DNA of 26,943 nt from an uncultured Pseudomonadales bacterium. GTDB taxonomy: Bacteria; Patescibacteriota; Microgenomatia; UBA1400; UBA12108. Made by a program: the position numbers and the translations under genes. Every line of letters starts with the position of its first letter. The first letter of the stretch is position 1. Below, piece after piece: positions 18,144-26,390 of the stretch. The stretch spans positions 1-26,943 of the forward strand of contig CAZBFT010000002.1 in assembly GCA_964491465.1 (NCBI GenBank). The letters are read 5' to 3'. Under the pieces are notes generated by a model that saw nothing but the letters and a program-made list of their open reading frames with translations, searched no databases and had not been told where the DNA came from.

Positions 18144-18407
18144 ATGCCGATAACCAAATCAGCCATCAAGAAACAGAGGGTGGACAAGAAGCGCGCGATG
18201 ACCAACGAGCCGGTTACCGGTAGGGTTAAGGCCACAATCAAAGAGGTGAGACAAAGTCCTTCCAAGGAATCGGTAGCGGCTTTGTACCAAGCGTTGGACA
18301 AGGCAGTAGCGAAAAAGCTGGTCACTCTCCGGACGGCGGCGAGGATGAAGGCAAGGGTACTCAAGGCAATTAGGGCCAAGTTGACCAAATCTCCGTTTGG
18401 GAAGTGA
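18144..18407 (+). CDS. rpsT: 30S ribosomal protein S20 (87 aa from ATG 18144)
   Basis: MPITKSAIKKQRVDKKR...N...LDKAVAKK...AARMKAR matches the S20 pattern. Confidence 0.93.
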   Translation: MPITKSAIKKQRVDKKRAMTNEPVTGRVKATIKEVRQSPSKESVAALYQALDKAVAKKLVTLRTAARMKARVLKAIRAKLTKSPFGK

Positions 18408-18455
18408 AGTTAGAGCGGTTGTTGTATTGTTCCGCAGGTTAGCTATACTGGATTC

Positions 18456-19040
18456 ATGCAGCTGCCCGCTTTCTTTGGTCACAAAAAATCGATTAACTTG
18501 CTTCCCCGTGATGAGTTTGAGTCGAGTGCGATGGGAGTGGTGCTAGAGTGGGCACTGGCTTTTGGGAAGTGGGCGGTCATTTTGACACAATTGATAGTGA
18601 TGGGAACTTTCTTGTGGAGATTTTCGCTCGACAGGCAACTGACGGATCTAAAGAAATCAATTAACAAAAATGTGGCGATTATCAAGTCGTATGAGCAAAT
18701 CGAGAAGGACTTTATTTTGACGCAGAAGCGAGTCAGTTTGGCAACAAAAATCCTGGACCAACAAAACAAAGAGTCCGAGATCTTGACCCAATTGACCCAA
18801 ATTACCCCAGCTGATGTGTGGCTAGATAAATTGAATATCACGGAGAGTACGGTTAACCTGAGCGCGTACGCAGGATCATTAAATGGATTCGGGCAGTTTT
18901 TGACGGCAGCGCAAAAAGTGCCGTTGTTTAAAAGCATCACCGTGAACAAAATTCAAGATGGCGGGACAGAAAATGCTCAAATGCAGTTTGACCTGACAAT
19001 CACATACAACACCGGTGTAAAGACGGCGGAGAAGCTATGA
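18456..19040 (+). CDS. PilN-like type IV pilus alignment protein (194 aa)
   Basis: INLLP N-terminal motif, single TM, coiled coil, ITPADVWLDKLNI..., FDLTI ferredoxin-like core; TATACT 6 nt before ATG. Confidence 0.75.
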   Translation: MQLPAFFGHKKSINLLPRDEFESSAMGVVLEWALAFGKWAVILTQLIVMGTFLWRFSLDRQLTDLKKSINKNVAIIKSYEQIEKDFILTQKRVSLATKILDQQNKESEILTQLTQITPADVWLDKLNITESTVNLSAYAGSLNGFGQFLTAAQKVPLFKSITVNKIQDGGTENAQMQFDLTITYNTGVKTAEKL

Positions 19041-19735
19041 CAACGGCCAGACCACTGCAGTATCAAGCTAGCCGAACTAAGAAATATCAGCTAGATTTGG
19101 CTAGGTATTATCGGATCCCGGCTGTGCAAACATCGCTCCCTGTAGTGCTGTCGATCATGATCGTCGCATTTTTTGTGATGTTCGCCCTGCGACCAACACT
19201 GGTTACAATCGTGAATTTACAAAAAACAATTGAAGAGTCCAAAAAGACACTGTCACAGCTGGAGGTCAAGGTGGCCGCTTTGAATCAAGTTAATGTAATT
19301 ATGGAAGGGGTAAAACCCAAACTTGGGGCACTTGATGCCAGTATCCCGATGGGGACGGCTGGGTATGACTCGCTTGAGAGTGCACTGACGATCCTGGCTG
19401 AGCAGGCCGGAGTGAAATATGATTCTTCTAATTTGGGTGGGAGTGTGTTGTTTACTAAATTATTTGCGCCTTTTACCCTGACGAAGAATTCGGGAGCGAT
19501 TCCTTTGACATTTGATGCTCGAGTGAGCGGCAACTATACTCAGATAAATCAATATTTGCAGTCTATTATGAAAATGGACCGACTGGTCGCCATCACAGGC
19601 TTGAATTTTGGGCGGGATAATAAAAGTGAAGACAGCGATAACCTTACCCTGACGATAATGGGCACTACTTACTACATGGCCGATGAGGCACAGCTAGCCA
19701 AAGCCATACCGAACATTATCAAAGGAATCAAATAG
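19037..19735 (+). CDS. PilO-like type IV pilus alignment protein (232 aa)
   Basis: TM, coiled coil, VSGNYTQINQYLQSIMKMDRLVAI PilO-type motif; ATGA overlap with the pilN-like gene. Confidence 0.7.
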   Translation: MTTARPLQYQASRTKKYQLDLARYYRIPAVQTSLPVVLSIMIVAFFVMFALRPTLVTIVNLQKTIEESKKTLSQLEVKVAALNQVNVIMEGVKPKLGALDASIPMGTAGYDSLESALTILAEQAGVKYDSSNLGGSVLFTKLFAPFTLTKNSGAIPLTFDARVSGNYTQINQYLQSIMKMDRLVAITGLNFGRDNKSEDSDNLTLTIMGTTYYMADEAQLAKAIPNIIKGIK

Positions 19736-19736
19736 T

Positions 19737-20042
19737 ATGGCCAGAAATAATATAATCATGGTCAAAAAGGCTTATTATCAGATGGCGGTATTCACATTGT
19801 TGGGGTCGGTTTTGTGGGTATGTATAAGCATTTATCAGTCATTAAGCGGACAGAGCGAAGTAGATGTAGACCCGACTGCCATGGAAGTGATCACTCCCAC
19901 AATGGACGAGGCAACGCTACAAAAAATCACTGAACGAGACCGAACTACCCAGGGTGCAGCGGAGCAGTTGGCAACCATGACCATCAATGAGGTAGAGGTG
20001 GCCATAGAAACGGCGACCGAAGCAGCTATTATCCAAGAGTAA
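19737..20042 (+). CDS. Small single-pass membrane protein (101 aa)
   Basis: TM MAVFTLLGSVLWVCISIY; 1 nt after the pilO-like stop. Confidence 0.7.
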   Translation: MARNNIIMVKKAYYQMAVFTLLGSVLWVCISIYQSLSGQSEVDVDPTAMEVITPTMDEATLQKITERDRTTQGAAEQLATMTINEVEVAIETATEAAIIQE

Positions 20043-20065
20043 TTTTGTGTTAGCATGGGAGTAAT

Positions 20066-21412
20066 ATGAATCTTCTGGCCCGGAAATTTCCTACAATTTT
20101 GGGCATTTTGATGTTGGCCGGAGCTGTAGCCTACGGGGTTTGGTGGATTAGCCAAAATAAGCCCAAGGTTGACGCTACGCTTATGCCGAGCAAAGTGAGA
20201 ATTACCAACGTGGCGGATAGCAAGTTTAGCGTGTCATGGATTACGACACAGAGCACACAAGGCAAAATTGAGTACGGGAAAATTGGGGAAAAGATTACCG
20301 AGCAGGCAGCGGATGAACGGGGAGAGGTGAGTTCCAAGACACACCAAGTGACCGTAGAAGGGTTACAGCCTAACACTCAATATTCGTTCCGAATTGTGTC
20401 GGGATCCGGTCAAGCTCGCTTTGACAACAATGGTTCGCCTTACGCTGTCCAGACTGGTCCGGTAATCGGAGAGACACCGCCGGCCAAGAGCTTTTATGGA
20501 ACGATTAGGCCAGGTACAGGAGCGAGTGCTGAAGGCGCGATTGTGTATTTATCCCTCCCTGGGTCAGCGCCGGTCTCAACTTTGGTCAAAGCTGGCGGCA
20601 GTTATACTTTGTCGTTGTCGACGATCCGAGCAACTGATCTCAAAAGCTATGCGACGTATGATCCGTCGGCGACAATAGCCACGGTGACGGTCGAAGGCGC
20701 GGGGGAAGAATCGACAGTGACAGTCTCGACCGCCAATTCGGCACCGGTCCCCTTAATTACACTGGGACAAAATGCCGACTACCGCACAGCCGAAGTGGCT
20801 CCACAAATCGCCGAGTTGGATAACCCGGTTTCTTCCCCAACCCCGACTGCCAGCGCCGTGACGCCGGCAATTTTTAACGTAGAGCCATTGGCGGGTAGCG
20901 TGAACGAAATACAGGATTCCAGTTTGAAAATTATTAATCCTAGTGTAGAGGGCGAAGTACTGTCGACCCTGCGACCAGAATTTAGGGGCACAGGTCCGGC
21001 TAATATCACTTTAACCATCGCAGTTAGCGGGCAAAAGGCAGTAAGTGACACGGTGTTGACTGACCTGGACGGGACGTGGAGCTGGGCACCGGTGGTGGAC
21101 TTGAAAGCCGGTAAACAAACCCTAATTGTGTCGTACAAAGACAGTAGTAACAAAGAACAAAAAGTAAGCCGCGTGTTTAATATAAATACTACTGTGGTAA
21201 CCCCGGCGTTTGAGTCGACCCCTTCGGCGAGCGTAAAAACCAGTGCTGCGCCAATAGCGAGTAAAACCCCTACTCCCACACCTTCTCCGAGAGATACGTT
21301 ACCGGCGACTGATAGCGGGGTGCCTGTCACTGGGGTAATCACTCCGACTCTATTGACGGCAGGCGCATCTATTGTCATGATGGTGATAGGAGCGTTCTTA
21401 TTAGCGCTTTAG
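20066..21412 (+). CDS. Surface protein with FN3 (purple acid phosphatase N-terminal-like) and Ig-like domains, N- and C-terminal TMs (448 aa)
   Basis: ITNVADSKFSVSW...THQVTVEGLQPNTQYSFRI; Big-like GTWSW...DLKAGKQTL; PST linker; VPVTG + C-terminal hydrophobic helix. Confidence 0.8.
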   Translation: MNLLARKFPTILGILMLAGAVAYGVWWISQNKPKVDATLMPSKVRITNVADSKFSVSWITTQSTQGKIEYGKIGEKITEQAADERGEVSSKTHQVTVEGLQPNTQYSFRIVSGSGQARFDNNGSPYAVQTGPVIGETPPAKSFYGTIRPGTGASAEGAIVYLSLPGSAPVSTLVKAGGSYTLSLSTIRATDLKSYATYDPSATIATVTVEGAGEESTVTVSTANSAPVPLITLGQNADYRTAEVAPQIAELDNPVSSPTPTASAVTPAIFNVEPLAGSVNEIQDSSLKIINPSVEGEVLSTLRPEFRGTGPANITLTIAVSGQKAVSDTVLTDLDGTWSWAPVVDLKAGKQTLIVSYKDSSNKEQKVSRVFNINTTVVTPAFESTPSASVKTSAAPIASKTPTPTPSPRDTLPATDSGVPVTGVITPTLLTAGASIVMMVIGAFLLAL

Positions 21413-21419
21413 GATTGTT

Positions 21420-22946
21420 ATGCCTGACACACAATTACCAGATCCCCAGGCAGCTGTGAATGCCGCTTTGGGTAACCCGCCGGCAACTACTCCTATGGAG
21501 CCGGTGCAACCAATGACAACGCCTGCACCAATGCCTCCGACCGAGACCGTCCCAACGGAGTTGGTGAACCCAGCTGACCCCACTAAGCCCGTGGAAGCTT
21601 TGGTGGCGTCTGCTCCGGAACCAGTCACTTTACCCCAACCAGAACCACTGCCCATGCCACAGCCGGCCCCATCTACGGGTGTCCCGATGGGAGACGATAC
21701 ACCGCTCGCGTTTGCAGCAGCTCAGGCTATGGCCGCCCCATCGAGTCCTGCCCCAACCCCAGTTACAGAGGGCACTAGCAGCTATCTCCCCCCCACTCCG
21801 CCCATTCCTCCCGCTCCCGCCGTCCCACCCGAACCAAAGAAGAAAAAGGGAGGGAAGGGGAAGGTAGTGGGAGTATTGGCTGGAGTATTGTTGCTTGTAG
21901 TGGGGGTAGTGGGTGGACTCTGGGGATATGAAAGGCTATCGGGCAAACCTGGGTTAATTGCTGCGATCACCATGCCTTGCGGTGAGGCAGATGCTGGACA
22001 GTGTGTACCAAAAAGTTGGACGTGTAAAAGTTCTGGAAAGGGGACATGCTCCGGAGGAGGGAAATGTGGAATCAATTGTTCAGAACCAGGTGGGGGCGGT
22101 GGGGGTGGAGGAGACCCTGAAATTTGTACTCCAGGAGCTCAAAATAACTGTACACCGATTGATGGGTGTCCTGCCAAGTCTACGTGTAATTCGAGTGGAA
22201 CGGCATGGCAACCTTGTGCCAAGGTTGATCCAAATTGCAAACCATGTGCAAGTGTAATATGTGATCAAGGTGCTACTTGCAAGAATGGCCTGTGTGAATT
22301 CCCTTGTGCTGCAGGTTATGAGTTGGACGCTAGTGGGCAGTGCGTATTATTGAATGCAGGAGGACCTGTAAGTTGTGGCAGTATTAAGACTGCGGCTCAA
22401 TGTACTGCCGCTGGGGGTGAACCAGTGACAGAACCTGGTACGGGTAGTAAGTGTGATGCCAATGGACATTGGTGTAGTGTTATACGCGATGAGTGTAAAA
22501 TTAATGGTAAGTGGTGTTTAATGGGTACGAGTGATAAGTGCTCTGGTGGCGTTGACGAAAGATGTGTTCCGGCAACTCCTACTCCCACTCCCAAGCCGTC
22601 ACCAATTCCCTCTCCCACCCCCTCCCCTTCTCCCTCTCCCTCGCCTTCACCGGTGATGGCCTGTACAGGATTGACTAAGGCGCCAACTACGGCTCCAAAG
22701 ATTGGGGACAAAATAACGTTTACGTGTACAGGGACTTCTACCTATACTGGAGGAGCGGCGGCACTCAAATACAAATACCGCTATAACATAAATGATGGTG
22801 CCTGGACAAACTTGACTACCAAGACTAATGGAAAGTCGGAACTGACAATAGCCGCTTGCGGATCTTACGAAGTACAGTGCCGAGCTTGCGTGACCAGTGG
22901 AGCCACCGAGATTTGTGATCCTACATGGACAGGAGCAACACAATGA
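21420..22946 (+). CDS. Type II membrane protein: Pro-rich N-terminus, TM, Cys-rich ectodomain, SP linker, beta-sandwich (508 aa)
   Basis: KKKKGGKGK then TM; 26 Cys in 196 codons; (SP)n linker. Confidence 0.8.
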   Translation: MPDTQLPDPQAAVNAALGNPPATTPMEPVQPMTTPAPMPPTETVPTELVNPADPTKPVEALVASAPEPVTLPQPEPLPMPQPAPSTGVPMGDDTPLAFAAAQAMAAPSSPAPTPVTEGTSSYLPPTPPIPPAPAVPPEPKKKKGGKGKVVGVLAGVLLLVVGVVGGLWGYERLSGKPGLIAAITMPCGEADAGQCVPKSWTCKSSGKGTCSGGGKCGINCSEPGGGGGGGGDPEICTPGAQNNCTPIDGCPAKSTCNSSGTAWQPCAKVDPNCKPCASVICDQGATCKNGLCEFPCAAGYELDASGQCVLLNAGGPVSCGSIKTAAQCTAAGGEPVTEPGTGSKCDANGHWCSVIRDECKINGKWCLMGTSDKCSGGVDERCVPATPTPTPKPSPIPSPTPSPSPSPSPSPVMACTGLTKAPTTAPKIGDKITFTCTGTSTYTGGAAALKYKYRYNINDGAWTNLTTKTNGKSELTIAACGSYEVQCRACVTSGATEICDPTWTGATQ

Positions 22947-23875
22947 AACCAAGCATGAAGAAATCACTATTAATTGGACTCGGAATATTTGGGGTGATTG
23001 TGGTTTCCGTGGCTTTGGTTTATTACCTACGCAAGCCGACAGTGACTAGACCCACCCCGACCCCTACTCCGACTGTGGCAGTGACCCCCACGACCGCGCC
23101 GATCTTTGAAGTGAATCCGGCGGAGGCGGTGTGTTCAACTAAGTTTGTGGTCGCTTGTGCTTCGCCTTCACCTTCGATTTCACCATCCCCATCGCCTTCT
23201 CGTTCACCTTCACCCACTCCTTCTCGTTCACCTTCACCCACTCCTTCACCTTCACCTTCTATATTGCCCTCGCCTATACCTAGCCCATCGGTGATTCCGT
23301 CGGTTTCACCTTCCCCTGCACTATCAGCCAACTTGGACTGTGTGGCTAAAGAGGTATACGCGGATGATTCGAGGAATCGTGCCGGATTCTACTATTTGGA
23401 GTCGCGGATTACTGATGCTTCTAGTTTACAGACCGGGACAACCGTGACCTACAACATTATTGCTAAGAACAATGGGGGGGTCGCGGCGCCGGACGTGAAG
23501 ATCACTGATGTACTATCTACCAATCTAACCTTCGTCGATGCCGACAGTGACTGTAGCTACGACTCGGCGACCCGAACCTTGACATGCACAATGGGAACGC
23601 TAAATGCAGGAGCACAAACCCAACGCAGTTTCCGCGCTACTCTGAATACTTCGTCAACTGCTTCGGTGGCGAACACGGCCGAAGTCTTTTCGAGTAACGG
23701 CCAACGTGATAGCTGCGCCGTCAACCTAACAGCCACTGGGATAGTGGTGGTGACCCAACCATCTGAGGCACCCACGGCGCTGCCAGAGGCTGGGGTGTTT
23801 GAGATCACGGCTGGGACGATGGGGGTCGGGTTAGTACTACTGATACTCGGGGCGTTGGGACTGCTACTTATTTAA
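22943..23875 (+). CDS. DUF11 (conserved repeat domain) surface protein with SP linker and LPEAG C-terminal anchor (310 aa from ATG 22943)
   Basis: VTYNIIAKNNG...VKITDVLSTNLTFV...TLNAG DUF11 pattern; ATGA overlap with upstream stop. Confidence 0.8.
   Translation: MKPSMKKSLLIGLGIFGVIVVSVALVYYLRKPTVTRPTPTPTPTVAVTPTTAPIFEVNPAEAVCSTKFVVACASPSPSISPSPSPSRSPSPTPSRSPSPTPSPSPSILPSPIPSPSVIPSVSPSPALSANLDCVAKEVYADDSRNRAGFYYLESRITDASSLQTGTTVTYNIIAKNNGGVAAPDVKITDVLSTNLTFVDADSDCSYDSATRTLTCTMGTLNAGAQTQRSFRATLNTSSTASVANTAEVFSSNGQRDSCAVNLTATGIVVVTQPSEAPTALPEAGVFEITAGTMGVGLVLLILGALGLLLI
23195..23247 (+). repeat. Exact 24-nt tandem duplication in the SP linker
   Basis: CCTTCTCGTTCACCTTCACCCACT x2 plus 5 nt, encoding PSRSPSPT. 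Confidence 0.9.
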
Positions 23876-23996
23876 TCTGCACGTCAGTGAATCAGTTTGC
23901 CGGTTTGTTAGTATGTCGGTTTATCAGGTAATCGGTGTGTTGCTGGCAAGCTGGTAGTGATGACTAGCCGAATTGCCGGGTGTACTGATGTGCTGA
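23876..23996. repeat. Palindromic degenerate octamer element B (between convergent genes)
   Basis: Seven to eight YYRGnnnn units (23876-23939), then seven nnnnCYGR-type units (23940-23996); shares units such as TCAGTTTG with element A. Confidence 0.8.
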
Positions 23997-23999
23997 TTA

Positions 24000-26390
24000 T
24001 TATTTCCAGCTGGGGAAGAGACCAAAGATCGTGTTGCGGTAAACTTCTGGAGTAGGAAGGCCATAGAGAAGGGGTGCAATGAGAATCAAAGAACTAGAAA
24101 TTAGAATTAAACAGAGGACGCGGTATTTGTAGGGCAGTTCGAATAACCAGGCGGCGAGAATGACACAAAGAAAAGTAGCAGAGGGCAAGTAGTGGTAAAA
24201 GAACATGATGCGAGGAGAGAAGACCCAGGGGAGAGTAAAAATAGAATATAAGAGATAGGAGATGGTATATGGGAAGCGCAGAATCCTGGGGAGCAGCATA
24301 ATCGCGGCGATTAATCCTAGCCAAAGCAAAACGGGGTTGCCTTGGGCATAAATATTGCTCACGAGGCTACCGGCATAATCGACCCAGTACCAAACTGGGC
24401 GGGCAGAGACAACCCACTGCAGCGGGGTGGATTGGTATCCATGAGTGGCTACTAGATGGGTATGGTAGTACCACATTTGACGGCGTAGCTCCCACCACTG
24501 ATCCCAGGTGTGACCAGCAAGGATAAAGGGAGTGAATGTCAATACATAAACGGCTAGAGTAACTAACAACATCCGGATGGCAAAAACGAGGTGTCGAATG
24601 CTTGATTTTAGATTCCAGGATAAAGGATTATTGGAGTGAAGATAAATAAAGGTGAGAGGGACGATGCCATAAAGGGCGCTCCATTTACACCCCAAAGCGA
24701 GGCCGTAGAGGACAGCACTCCATTTCCAGCGTGATTTGACGGCGGCATACAGCGACCAAACAAAAAAACATAGCATATAAATGTCGTTCATGGCGATACG
24801 AGATTGGGAGATGTGCAGACCTTCGAGGCTGGCGAGCAAAGATGCAAGTAGGGCAAGCTTTTTTTGCTGGAAAACAGCGAGGGTGAACATGTAAATTCCC
24901 AGGATACTGATGATCCCCAAGGCGGCGCTGCCCACACGGTAGCCAAATTCATCTTCCCCAAACAGGAGCATCCCCAAGACCATACCGTATTTGGCGACAG
25001 GCGGGTGGGTCCATTCATAGGCGACCCCTTCGGGCGGAGTAGTCCACCACTCCCACGCTTCGATGCGATTGTGCAGGTATTCTTTGGCGGTAAAGGCGTG
25101 ATAAACTTCGTCAAAAATATAGGCGCGGGGATGGGAGAGGTTGGTCAATCGTAGCAGTGAAGCAATGAGCAAAATGCCAACGAGAAGTTTGTTGGATTTG
25201 AGAAGAGAGAAGAGAGAAGAGAGAGATTTTTGCCAGTCCCAGATAAAGGCGAGACTGATGGCGGTCAGAACAATGGCCCAGGAACTGAGTGAGGTCACCC
25301 ACAAAGGAAGTGGCCAAACTTGCGCGTGGTTGACCCAATAAAAGGCGCTATACAAATTGAGGGAAAAGGTACAAGTTAAAAGAAACAAGGGGAGCCAAAG
25401 AAACGATTGGGCCGGCACTGCAAGTGTCAGGAAAGGCAGACCAAATAAGAGATGGCGTTCGTGCATGCGAGTGGTAAAGGCATAAAACAAAATGAGAATG
25501 GTGGCGGCCAATCGAGGAGCAAATTGCGGAGCAAACTTAAGTTTGCGCCAGTGATTAAAGATAATTAGGGTAAATAAAGTAAAAAGAGTAAGGCCGAGTG
25601 CGCGGGCGGAGATACCCAAAACACTACCGGAATCGGGAATCCAAGCAAGGTTGGGGACCAGCGACCACAGGTTCCAGGCGTTGATGGTCATAAAGGGGTA
25701 AGTGCCGGCCTGATCCATAATGCGGCTGTAAAGGTGAGGCAGAAAGCTCCAGCCACCGGTCGGGATGCCGGTTGCAAAAAAAGTGGCAGCAGAAAACAAG
25801 GGGAATTGCCAGAAGTATTTCTTTTGGATGGCTACGATCCAGAGAACGGGAGCAACTAAAATGAGGATGGGTTTGTAGGCGACGGCTAGTCCAAATAGAG
25901 CTGCGGAGAAGTATTTGGCGCTTAGTATTTTGTATTTAGTATTAGGCTTATTGAGCAGTAAAGATAACGATAAAAGGGCGAGAAGAGAGGGAATGCTGTC
26001 TACCTGGCCCCAAAATGAGGTGTCGCCGATTAGAGCGGGAGACAAAAGAAGAAGAAGTTTGGGTAAGAGAGGTAAATTGGGTAAGAGAAGAATCAGGATG
26101 ACTTCGATAGCTGAGTGGAAAAGCTTGAAGATAAAACTAAAGTCCCAATGGAAAACTTGGGAGAGGTAGGCGGGGATGCCAAAACTGAGAATTGGCAGGG
26201 GGAGATAGTCCGACCAGATGTTGTCAAAGAAATGCCGGGCGCCGACGCTTAACAAATGATTGCCCCAAGCGTTGTAGGTCCCCATGTCGTAAGGCTGAGC
26301 GGTGGTAGTGCTGCCATAGAGCCGGATGCCAACGGCGAGGAAAAGAGCTAACCAAGGCAGATATTTACTTGACCAGATTTTCGGCCACAT
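24000..26390 (-). CDS. Fused double GT-C glycosyltransferase: N-terminal GT-C domain + protein O-mannosyltransferase (PMT/GT39)-like domain (796 aa from ATG 26390)
   Basis: C-half: IFDEVYH, THPPVAK, SRIAMNDI, CKWS, HGYQSTPLQW, GNPVLLW, FFYHYLP. N-half: YDMGTY, DYLP, WGQVD, NAWNLW, RMHERH. Confidence 0.85.
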   Translation of the reverse strand: MWPKIWSSKYLPWLALFLAVGIRLYGSTTTAQPYDMGTYNAWGNHLLSVGARHFFDNIWSDYLPLPILSFGIPAYLSQVFHWDFSFIFKLFHSAIEVILILLLPNLPLLPKLLLLLSPALIGDTSFWGQVDSIPSLLALLSLSLLLNKPNTKYKILSAKYFSAALFGLAVAYKPILILVAPVLWIVAIQKKYFWQFPLFSAATFFATGIPTGGWSFLPHLYSRIMDQAGTYPFMTINAWNLWSLVPNLAWIPDSGSVLGISARALGLTLFTLFTLIIFNHWRKLKFAPQFAPRLAATILILFYAFTTRMHERHLLFGLPFLTLAVPAQSFLWLPLFLLTCTFSLNLYSAFYWVNHAQVWPLPLWVTSLSSWAIVLTAISLAFIWDWQKSLSSLFSLLKSNKLLVGILLIASLLRLTNLSHPRAYIFDEVYHAFTAKEYLHNRIEAWEWWTTPPEGVAYEWTHPPVAKYGMVLGMLLFGEDEFGYRVGSAALGIISILGIYMFTLAVFQQKKLALLASLLASLEGLHISQSRIAMNDIYMLCFFVWSLYAAVKSRWKWSAVLYGLALGCKWSALYGIVPLTFIYLHSNNPLSWNLKSSIRHLVFAIRMLLVTLAVYVLTFTPFILAGHTWDQWWELRRQMWYYHTHLVATHGYQSTPLQWVVSARPVWYWVDYAGSLVSNIYAQGNPVLLWLGLIAAIMLLPRILRFPYTISYLLYSIFTLPWVFSPRIMFFYHYLPSATFLCVILAAWLFELPYKYRVLCLILISSSLILIAPLLYGLPTPEVYRNTIFGLFPSWK
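25911..25945 (-). repeat. In-frame degenerate heptamer repeat in the glycosyltransferase
   Basis: Plus strand GTATTTG, GTATTTT, GTATTTA, GTATTAG in 7-nt register at 25911, 25925, 25932, 25939; encodes PNTKYKILSAKY. Confidence 0.7.
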
